From Candidatus Woesearchaeota archaeon (GTDB lineage: Archaea; Nanobdellota; Nanobdellia; Woesearchaeales; JAZDKJ01), in the NCBI GenBank assembly GCA_043803105.1, contig JAZDKJ010000005.1:64001-128000 (forward strand): a DNA stretch of 64,000 bases, read 5' to 3'. Every line of letters starts with the position of its first letter. The first letter of the stretch is position 1. The translations under genes and the position numbers were made by a program. Below the pieces are notes generated by a model that made no database searches, had not been told where the DNA came from, and saw only the letters and a list, made by a program, of their open reading frames with translations. Below are positions 49,266 through 56,942 of this stretch, in pieces.

Positions 49266-50096
49266 ATGAAGATTATACTACTCGGAACAGCAGGGGTGGT
49301 ACCTATTCCTAGATTGGGATGCTCTTGCGAGATATGCCTTGAAGCCCGAAAAAAGGGCATTCCTTATAGTAGGACAGGTACATCGCTATTTGTAGAAGAC
49401 ATCGATTTGCTTTTTGACACCCCTGAGGAGATTAGGGCCTAACTTGAAAGAGAAAAGATTAATTCCTTAAAGCATGTAATCCTAACACATTGGCATCCTG
49501 ATCACACCTTAGGGTTGAGGATTCTAGAACAATACAATTTTGATTTTGTCAACAAGGTTTCTTTACATGAACCTGTCATGGTATATATTTCACGAGACCA
49601 ATTTGACATGTTCAAAAAACTCTCTTGCGGAGGTTTTCTTGATTTCTATGAGAAGAAAGGTATTATCAAGCTTGTTTTCATTGAACCGAACAAGAAAATT
49701 ACAATTGGCAAAATTTCGATAGAACCAATATTGATAGAATTCACGAAGGGATTTTACTTTGTAATATCTGAAGGCAAAAAAAAGGTAGTCTATGCGCCTT
49801 GCGAATATCACCATTTAGAAGTAGATGTCACAACACGAAATGTTGATGTCTTCATAGCGCATAATCTTTTTTGGGAGGATAGGTCAATCAGTCCGCGAAA
49901 GGTGCCTCCCTCGGATGAAGATAGTTTTGAGCAAATGCTCAATCATGCAAAAGAGATGAATGCCAGGAGAATTGTAATTACACACATAGAAGAAACTTTC
50001 AAGCTAAATCACGATGAACTCAATGCAGTATTAAGAAAGAAATTTCCTGGGTACAATGTTGAAGCAGGTTATGATAGCATGAAAATAATTTTATGA
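49266..50096 (+). pseudogene. MBL-fold hydrolase (PhnP-like) with in-frame stop
   Basis: LGTAG…PRLGCSCEIC; in-frame TAA at 49440-49442; THWHPDH follows in the same frame. Confidence 0.85.
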
Positions 50097-50124
50097 AGTT
50101 GCTTGATTAAGAAGACAAAAATTA

Positions 50125-50475
50125 TTACGGGCTGTATCTTGTCCTGTCCCTTGGGAAAAGGCTCGCCTGCCTGACATTCTCTAAACCAAGAAATTTGGCA
50201 GTCAACCGTTCCCCTCCTATACCAAAACCACCATGAGGGGGCATACCATATTTGAAAGCTGCAAGATAGCCTTCAAACTCATCTAGATTCATGTTATTTT
50301 TCTTCATGGCAGCTATTAGCATGTCGTAATCGTGAATCCTCTGCCCGCTTGTGGTTACTTCGAGACCGTTCATAATAAGGTCAAACGAATTTGTGAGACC
50401 ATCGTTCTTACCTGAAGGCATCGTATAAAAAGGTCTGGCTTCCGATGGATATTCGGTAAGAAAAACAAAGGGCAA
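50125..50475 (-). pseudogene. aspS: Aspartyl-tRNA synthetase C-terminal fragment
   Basis: RPFYTMP; SGQRIHD; YGMPPHGGFGIGGERL; LFPRD; N-terminal part missing. Confidence 0.85.
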
Positions 50476-50577
50476 ATTCGAGTCTTGTTATATGAAACTG
50501 AGTTATCTCACAGGAAGATGGCTGCTGAAATTAGCATATACTTGCTTGAGAATTTTGGATTAATGATTTCGAATTGA
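50473..50577 (+). pseudogene. 3' fragment paralogous to ORF 52398-53114
   Basis: QIRVLLYETELSHRKMAAEISIYLLENFGLMISN* vs QIRVLLEETKLAHRKMAAEINTYLLESFGLNISS*. Confidence 0.85.
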
Positions 50578-50607
50578 AAGTATCTTTTGCAAGGCAATTT
50601 AATAACG

Positions 50608-50620
50608 AAATGCCCCAAAA
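50608..50620 (+). repeat. Partial type B site (right arm only)
   Basis: AAATGCCCCAAAA. Confidence 0.5.
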
Positions 50621-50629
50621 ACTTTTTAT

Positions 50630-50965
50630 CTAGAATATCTTGACAAGCTCTTCTTTAACTTTTTTGAATGTGTTCTCCTTCAGAGACCCAATCTTCATGA
50701 TTATTAGTGATTTTTCTACACAAAATATCTTGTCAACCCTGATTCTACTCTCTGTAACAAGTTTTCCAGCAGACATATCCTGTTGGCTTATCAGAACTGA
50801 ATATGGCTCATCTTTTATCACTGAGGTCAATGGCACCATTATGCAATCTGCAGACTTCTTGTTCAACAGGTCATTTGAGACGACAAGCGCAGGCCTTACC
50901 TTATTTTGCTTCAAATCGGAAAAAGGATAAGGCAACAATACTATGTCTCTTTGCGAGACAATCAT
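50630..50965 (-). CDS. MazF/PemK family toxin
   Basis: DIVLLPYPFSD; KVRPALVVSND; VPLTS. Confidence 0.92.
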   Translation of the reverse strand: MIVSQRDIVLLPYPFSDLKQNKVRPALVVSNDLLNKKSADCIMVPLTSVIKDEPYSVLISQQDMSAGKLVTESRIRVDKIFCVEKSLIIMKIGSLKENTFKKVKEELVKIF

Positions 50966-51219
50966 TTCAGGTACGACCCCCAGATGTCATCAGATTTATT
51001 GTCCCAAACTTTCTTTAAGGATTTCTCGCTGAATTTCAAAATATCCTTGAATTCATCCTTTAGCTTTTTTTCAGTGTCCTTGGATTTCTCCAACACTATT
51101 TTCCCATCTACCTGAAGCATAACAAGGTCATCCCCCTTCTCAATCCCAAGACTTTCTCTTACGGATTGCGGGATGGCTATTTGCCCCTTGTCAGACACTT
51201 TTACAGTTGCAATGCTCAT
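50962..51219 (-). CDS. AbrB/MazE family antitoxin
   Basis: KGQIAIPQSVRESLGIEKGD. Confidence 0.9.
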   Translation of the reverse strand: MSIATVKVSDKGQIAIPQSVRESLGIEKGDDLVMLQVDGKIVLEKSKDTEKKLKDEFKDILKFSEKSLKKVWDNKSDDIWGSYLK

Positions 51220-51237
51220 TTTGTCACCACTTTATGC

Positions 51238-51255
51238 AGTAAGAATTTTCTTACT
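51238..51255. promoter_or_regulatory. Palindromic operator upstream of mazEF-like pair
   Basis: AGTAAGAA-TT-TTCTTACT. Confidence 0.6.
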
Positions 51256-51280
51256 TATAAAGATTGCGTTTATTTCAACA

Positions 51281-51313
51281 AAACTCCGCCCTTCCAGATA
51301 AATGCCCCAAAAG
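51281..51313 (+). repeat. Type B site (B3)
   Basis: AAACTCCGCCCTTCCAGA-TAAATGCCCCAAAAG. Confidence 0.85.
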
Positions 51314-51364
51314 CAGATGGCCTACAAGATATATAGCATAATATAATCAATTCTTGTTTTAGGT

Positions 51365-51673
51365 TTATATCATCAATAGAAGTGGAATGATTGAGTTATT
51401 CCCTTTTTCTGTGATAATCTCACTTATCTTATCGTATCGCTCGAGGTTAAGGTAATATTTCCAGCCATGCTGTTTTTTCTTTTTACAACATATGTTCTGC
51501 TTCAACAGGGCATCAAGAACAATCTCAACTTTATCAACGTCTTCTTTTGGGATTCCAGATTTCAGGACATGAATATATGCAGAACCTTTTCCAAAACAGT
51601 TTGAGTCAAATAACTTCTTAACAATTGTCCTGCTAATTTTTATATATTCGCTCCTCTTTATCTTTGCCATCAA
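51365..51673 (-). CDS. Small hypothetical protein, possibly winged-helix
   Basis: 102 aa basic ORF; …LLKQNI…KYYLN. Confidence 0.5.
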   Translation of the reverse strand: MMAKIKRSEYIKISRTIVKKLFDSNCFGKGSAYIHVLKSGIPKEDVDKVEIVLDALLKQNICCKKKKQHGWKYYLNLERYDKISEIITEKGNNSIIPLLLMI

Positions 51674-51774
51674 GTGAAATAACGCTTATCTTGTATATAA
51701 TTAGATGGTCTAAATTTAGCCCCTTGTAGGCCTAAAAGAAAGCTTTAAATACATGTTTATCTTTCAAGATTCCA

Positions 51775-52147
51775 ATGGAGAAATCAGTTTTTTTTGGCGG
51801 AGGAGGGAAATACCCCGAAGAACAGGATATGGAGTTTCTTAATAGTACATTCCGAATATGATTACTCCATGAGAGAAATCGCAAGATACTCACAAGTAGG
51901 TTACACAACATTAAAAGGAATTTGGATAGATTTTAAGAAAAAGAAGATAGTTACGCAAACACGACTTGTTGGAAGAGCAAAGATGTACAAGTTAAATCTG
52001 AAGAATCCTGTTGTAAATAAATTTGTGGAGTACTATTGGGCTGTGGTGGAAGCGGTCATAAGAAAGGAAAACAACATCAGCGAGGATGATACAGTAACCC
52101 ATCCTTCTTCGGCTGATGCGATTCCCCTTTCTACAAAAAGCATTTAA
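51775..52147 (+). pseudogene. Winged-helix protein with apparent +1 frameshift in a T8 run
   Basis: ATG at 51775 (MEKSVF) is out of frame with the AEEGNTPKNRIW…GRAKMYKLN body; T8 at 51788-51795. Confidence 0.55.
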
Positions 52148-52169
52148 TGGCTGATTTTCGAACGAAGTA

Positions 52170-52245
52170 AAACTCTGCTCATCCGGACTTTACATGGGAA
52201 TGGGTAGATAAAGCGGAAGTCCTGCGGAGGGAAGCAGGCTTGTAA
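52170..52245 (+). repeat. metK 3'-end copy A3
   Basis: AAACTCTGCTC then HPDFTWEWVDKAEVLRREAGL*. Confidence 0.95.
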
Positions 52246-52397
52246 GCCAAAGTCAAGACGTGAACGTCATTTTTTATTTTTGTTTTTTATTGAAAAATCG
52301 AAGCTTGTGGACGATATTTCTTTCGTTGTATAAGCAAGATTGTAGCTACATTAGTGCGACGCAAAGTGTTTTAAGGATTAAATGATTCCTCTCAACG

Positions 52398-53114
52398 ATG
52401 GTATACTTACCTAGTCTTGTTGAGTATTTTCAAATTGAAATAGAAGCCCTCAACGGAGTCAGTTGCTCTACAAGAGCTTCTTCATACATTGTGCCTGAAG
52501 ATATCTTTGCCCAAAAAGCAAAGTTTGAACCCAGATTTCAAAAGGCCCAAGAAAAAAGCTTACCATATACATGGATTGTCTGGGAAGAACCACTAACAGT
52601 GGGAGTTTACTTTCCAAGCACACTTTTGCAAAGTCTGGACAATTGCAGATTTGTCAATACAGCTGATGCTTTAGATGTCTTGGAAGAAACGAGTCATTTC
52701 TTATATATTCATAATTACGCTGCGAGATTCAAGGAAATGCCTCATTATATCAATCTGGAAATAGTAGCTTCCTTAGAGAAATATTTTGTTACCAAGCAGA
52801 AAGCAAAGACTTTGAAAGAATTTGATATGGGTCCTGTAAGAACAGTGTGCTTCAATGGTGCTTATCGAGATACTTTGGACATGGACCATATTATTGGTCA
52901 CTCTTTGGCAGAGCCATTAGCCAAAAAATTGGATGAAGTTGAAGATGAAGCAGGATTATCCCAAAGAAATGAATTATACAGAAAATTCTATAATAAGGGA
53001 AACAAAGAGCAAATCCGAGTGTTGTTGGAAGAGACTAAGTTGGCACACAGGAAGATGGCTGCCGAAATCAATACTTATCTGCTTGAGAGTTTTGGATTAA
53101 ATATCTCAAGCTGA
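52398..53114 (+). CDS. Hypothetical protein
   Basis: 238 aa ORF; LEETSHFLY motif; paralogous fragment at 50473. Confidence 0.7.
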   Translation: MVYLPSLVEYFQIEIEALNGVSCSTRASSYIVPEDIFAQKAKFEPRFQKAQEKSLPYTWIVWEEPLTVGVYFPSTLLQSLDNCRFVNTADALDVLEETSHFLYIHNYAARFKEMPHYINLEIVASLEKYFVTKQKAKTLKEFDMGPVRTVCFNGAYRDTLDMDHIIGHSLAEPLAKKLDEVEDEAGLSQRNELYRKFYNKGNKEQIRVLLEETKLAHRKMAAEINTYLLESFGLNISS

Positions 53115-53140
53115 TGTATCTGCTTTAAGGTTAAGTACAA

Positions 53141-53173
53141 AAACTCCGCTTTTCCCGATATATGCCCCGAAAG
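53141..53173 (+). repeat. Type B site (B4)
   Basis: AAACTCCGCTTTTCCCGA-TATATGCCCCGAAAG. Confidence 0.88.
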
Positions 53174-53216
53174 CTACTGTATCTCTCCTGTAATTATCAT
53201 TTATTAAGCTCCTTAT

Positions 53217-53234
53217 TTACTTACATGTAAGTAA
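53217..53234. promoter_or_regulatory. Perfect 18-bp palindrome, putative operator
   Basis: TTACTTACATGTAAGTAA upstream of the AbiEi-like gene. Confidence 0.65.
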
Positions 53235-53266
53235 CATTTATATACTAGTTATGATACTTACATAGT

Positions 53267-53836
53267 ATGCGAGGCGATAAACGAGAAAGGATATTGAGAG
53301 TATTGCTCAACAGCAAAGAGCCTTTAAGCAAGAATGAGCTCTCAAAACGAGCAGATTGCAGTAGGCAGTGGGTTATCCTTTATCTGAAAGAGTTAGAGAA
53401 GAAGAAGCTTATCAAGGGCACCGCTCCAAGTAATAGAAAAAAACTTTTAGAATATTGGATTATCTTAGCAAAGAAACCTAAAAAATTCAGGAGTTATATG
53501 GTTAAGGAACCACTAGATCTTTTAAAAAAGTCAAAATTAGATTATACGCTGACAACCTATCAGGCAGAGAACATTGTTCAGCATTATCTTTTCCCCTCAA
53601 GAATAGATGTTTACATAAAAGAAGAAGATTTGAATAGTTGGCACAGCCTAATGACCAAGAATGGATTATATGGAAAAGGAAATGTTAAGGTGATAGTAGC
53701 AGATCCGCATGTTATGTATGGAAAACGAATTATAGATGGACTTTCAATAGTCTCACTGCCACAACTTATATTGGATTTAACTCAAGAAGGTGGTCCATGC
53801 CAGGAAGCTGCCGAGATGCTCATGAAGAGGTTATAA
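53267..53836 (+). CDS. wHTH plus AbiEi-like (type IV TA) antitoxin
   Basis: N-terminal HTH; C-terminal VSLPQLILDL…G…EAAEML. Confidence 0.7.
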   Translation: MRGDKRERILRVLLNSKEPLSKNELSKRADCSRQWVILYLKELEKKKLIKGTAPSNRKKLLEYWIILAKKPKKFRSYMVKEPLDLLKKSKLDYTLTTYQAENIVQHYLFPSRIDVYIKEEDLNSWHSLMTKNGLYGKGNVKVIVADPHVMYGKRIIDGLSIVSLPQLILDLTQEGGPCQEAAEMLMKRL

Positions 53837-54600
53837 TGTATAAGGAATTTGAGACTAGAATATCGTACAAGTATTTGAAAGAGGTAATCAACACTCTAGA
53901 AGAGCCTATTTGCATACTTGGCGGTTGGGCAGTATTCTTTCATGTAAATAACAGATTTGAGAAAGCACAAGGCAGGCCTTATTTAGGAAGCAGAGATATT
54001 GACTTGGGCTTCCAAATGAAGACAAATTTGAAAGAAACAACTTTGGCTCAAACAATTAGGATTCTCAAAGAAGAACTCAAGTTTAAGCCGTTAAGTTTCA
54101 GGCTTATGAAAGAAATCCATACTGAAACAGAGGAAGAGCTAAAAGAAGGTGAGACTGTCTCTACTCACTTTATCTTTCCAATGTATGTTGATTTGATAGT
54201 TGACTCTATTCCTGACAACTTCAAGAATATTTTTGGATTTAACCCAATAGATGAGCCTTTATTGAAACAAGTTTTTGAGAACAAGGAATCCACAATGGTC
54301 ACTGAATTCAATAGAAAATTATTGCTTCCCACCCCTAAGCTTCTTTTAGGCATGAAAGTCAATTCCCTGCCAAATAGAGATAAAGACCATAAGCGAATAA
54401 AAGACATTTGTGACATGTTCGCTTTGTTGTGGTATACAGATATAAAGGCAGAAAAAGTTAATCTCGGAGATTACGCTTCAAAAAAAGCTATTATAAAAGC
54501 TGTTCAAACAATAAATAACCAGGATTACGAAAAAGTGGCTGCTCAAATTGGGCATAGTGCTGAAGAAATTAAGAGAGTCATCAGCCTATTATTACAATAA
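53836..54600 (+). CDS. AbiEii-like nucleotidyltransferase toxin
   Basis: ILGGWAV; SRDIDL; K…R…KD..D. Confidence 0.7.
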   Translation: MYKEFETRISYKYLKEVINTLEEPICILGGWAVFFHVNNRFEKAQGRPYLGSRDIDLGFQMKTNLKETTLAQTIRILKEELKFKPLSFRLMKEIHTETEEELKEGETVSTHFIFPMYVDLIVDSIPDNFKNIFGFNPIDEPLLKQVFENKESTMVTEFNRKLLLPTPKLLLGMKVNSLPNRDKDHKRIKDICDMFALLWYTDIKAEKVNLGDYASKKAIIKAVQTINNQDYEKVAAQIGHSAEEIKRVISLLLQ

Positions 54601-54704
54601 TGAAACCTGCTCATTTAAACAAACGTCATCCAATTTTTACAAGATTGTCGGTATATTTCTTCGTAAAAAGCCAGGATAAGCAGATTTATGAATTCAAGTA
54701 GCAC

Positions 54705-54737
54705 AAACTCTGCCCACTCCGACTAATGCCCCGAAAG
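54705..54737 (+). repeat. Type B site (B5)
   Basis: AAACTCTGCCCACTCCGA-CTAATGCCCCGAAAG; upstream ~70 nt resembles that of B2. Confidence 0.82.
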
Positions 54738-54821
54738 CCAATCAGTTGTATTTGTCCACAGCCAGGATTACAAACATTTTAATATCCGAATACAGTGGAT
54801 ATCTGGTGAGGTGAGAAATTG

Positions 54822-55034
54822 ATGTCCAAAAAAGATATGAAAAATCAGTGTTTTAACCATGGCTCCTTTCACCATGGCTGCGGCGGAGCGCTTTATGGCC
54901 TTGGGTTTATTGGTTCGGCTGTGTATTACATTTCCACAGCAACAGGCTTTTGGATGGGAGTGTTGGGATTTTTGAAAGCGATTGTTTGGCCAGCATTCTT
55001 GGTATATTCGCTAATGAAATCCTTGGGGATGTAA
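54822..55034 (+). CDS. Small membrane protein
   Basis: GGALYGLGFIGSAVYYI…KAIVWPAFLVY; upstream GGTGAGGTGA RBS. Confidence 0.75.
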   Translation: MSKKDMKNQCFNHGSFHHGCGGALYGLGFIGSAVYYISTATGFWMGVLGFLKAIVWPAFLVYSLMKSLGM

Positions 55035-55048
55035 AGTTATAGGAGCAG

Positions 55049-55125
55049 AAACTCGACTCATCCTGACTTTACCTGGGAGCATGTAGATAAGGCAGAGATA
55101 CTAAAAAAGGAAGCAGGATTGTTAG
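55049..55125 (+). repeat. metK 3'-end copy A4
   Basis: AAACTCGACTC then HPDFTWEHVDKAEILKKEAGL; stop shifted out of frame by one base. Confidence 0.95.
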
Positions 55126-55335
55126 TTGCGTTATCGTCACAATTCCCATTTTTTTATATTTAATTTTTTTTGTGTAAAGACATCATTTTGGGATGAGATT
55201 TCTCTTGTAAATTAAATTAAGTACAAAATTCGGACGCATCGAAGATTTTACAACAACTGGGAAATTTTCACTAAACATTTGGACGATGAAGATGATGATT
55301 ACATCCGAACAAACGAAATATTTATATAGAACTAT

Positions 55336-55376
55336 TAGTTCCTATATATGAACCATTAGTTCCGATATAGGAACTG
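55336..55376. promoter_or_regulatory. Tandem palindromic operators upstream of wHTH-MNT
   Basis: TAGTTCCTATATATGAAC and AGTTCC-GATATA-GGAACT. Confidence 0.55.
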
Positions 55377-55390
55377 CAGGTTATTATGCC

Positions 55391-55984
55391 ATGAAAACGC
55401 CAACTGAAAAGGAGAATGAAGCATTGTTGTTGATATTCAAGGATTTTAGTAGCGACTACAATGCTAACTCAATCTCGAAAAAACTGAATATAACGCCAAG
55501 AGGTTCTTTAAAGATATTGAATAGTCTTTACTCAGAAAAGACCCTAGTAAGAAAAAAGCTTGGCAAAGCTATCTTTTATAAAATCGATTTTGAAGATAAT
55601 TACACTAAAAAATTGATTGAAGCCCTATTGATAAAAGAATCCAAGGAAAAAGCAGAAAGGTGGCTGCATGAATTTGGAGGATTAGCTGAAACTGCGCAGA
55701 TTGTATTAATCTATGGTTCGACTCTAAGAAACTATGACAAAGCCAAGGATGTAGATTTACTGGTGATTATTGAGAAAGAGAGGTATAAGGAAGTTAAAAA
55801 ATTTATTGATGAGAAAAACAATATTTCCTACAAGCCAATACATCCGCTAATAATGACCTTATCAGATTTGGAAAAGAACTTGAAAAACAAAAATCCTGCA
55901 ATGGTTAATGCCATAAGAGAAAGTTATGTTCTTCAAGGTCATGATAAAATGATAGGGGTAGTAAAAAATGTCACAAGCTTCTAA
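55391..55984 (+). CDS. wHTH-MNT nucleotidyltransferase fusion (antitoxin-like)
   Basis: N-terminal wHTH; IYGS…KDVDLLV. Confidence 0.82.
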   Translation: MKTPTEKENEALLLIFKDFSSDYNANSISKKLNITPRGSLKILNSLYSEKTLVRKKLGKAIFYKIDFEDNYTKKLIEALLIKESKEKAERWLHEFGGLAETAQIVLIYGSTLRNYDKAKDVDLLVIIEKERYKEVKKFIDEKNNISYKPIHPLIMTLSDLEKNLKNKNPAMVNAIRESYVLQGHDKMIGVVKNVTSF

Positions 55985-56480
55985 TAAAGTTAAGTGGTGT
56001 CTTAACAAGGCAAAGAAGGAATTAGCAGAAATTGGGATGCATCGTGGATTAGTAGAACAAGAACAAGACTATAAAGTGGCAGCACTTCATATAGCAAAAG
56101 CACGACATAACCTCAATGCAGCATTATTTTTTGAGAAAAACAATTATTCTGACTGGTCTGCAAGTGCTTTCTTCTATTGCATATATCATTGCTTTTTAGC
56201 AATCCTGCACAGATTCGGATACGAATCAAGAAACCAGGAATGCACTATTGCAGTAATTGAAATGCTAAAAGAACAAGGCAAAATTGCTATTGATGATAGA
56301 TTCATCAGCACTTTAAAGATTTCGAAGGCAAAAGACGATGAGCATAGCTTAGTTAAGATAAGGGAAGATTTTCAGTATGGCACAAACATAGAGTTTCAGA
56401 AGAAAGAACAATTTGAAGAGCTTACCATAATGTGCAAGGAAGCAATAGAAGCAACAAATAAAATTATCTTCAGCAAATAA
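55968..56480 (+). CDS. HEPN domain protein
   Basis: KARHNL; FYCIYH; GYESRNQEC; REDFQY. Confidence 0.82.
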   Translation: MSQASNKVKWCLNKAKKELAEIGMHRGLVEQEQDYKVAALHIAKARHNLNAALFFEKNNYSDWSASAFFYCIYHCFLAILHRFGYESRNQECTIAVIEMLKEQGKIAIDDRFISTLKISKAKDDEHSLVKIREDFQYGTNIEFQKKEQFEELTIMCKEAIEATNKIIFSK

Positions 56481-56525
56481 AACTCAGCCCATTCCGACCT
56501 TACATGGCAAAAAACGGACAAGGTT
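56480..56525 (+). repeat. metK 3'-end copy A5 (truncated, degenerate)
   Basis: AAACTCAGCCC then HSDLTWQKTDK; abuts the HEPN stop codon. Confidence 0.8.
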
Positions 56526-56942
56526 AGATTAGCAACGGACGGGATTTTAAGAGGTTCAGAAATCCCTTGATCTCCAAATTCTCTTGTTCTTGACTTTATA
56601 AACTTTCAGGAACTGAATTCAGAACCAACCTTAACGAAGTATATAAGCACCATCTGCTCTTCTTAAAATGAACCTAGGTGGTGCAAAATTATACAAACCG
56701 AAAAGACAGCATTTGATCTGCAGATGAAGGAGCAACAAGTAGCGCATTGGGAAACCTACCATCAATTGCCTGGATGCAGGGAAATGGGAGAACATCTTGA
56801 CAAGCAACCTGAGGAGGCAAACTGGAATGGTCAAAGACTGACCCAAAAGTTAGAACCTACTGAGAGTTTTGTAGATGCAAGTTTTGTGGCTGAACGGGAA
56901 CTCGATCTCGTCCAGTCAATCCTTGTACTGCAACGTCTTTAA

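Noticed and set aside
56631-56942. ORFs 56631-56846 and 56724-56942
   Set aside because: Short, mutually overlapping and without motifs; at most decayed remnants.
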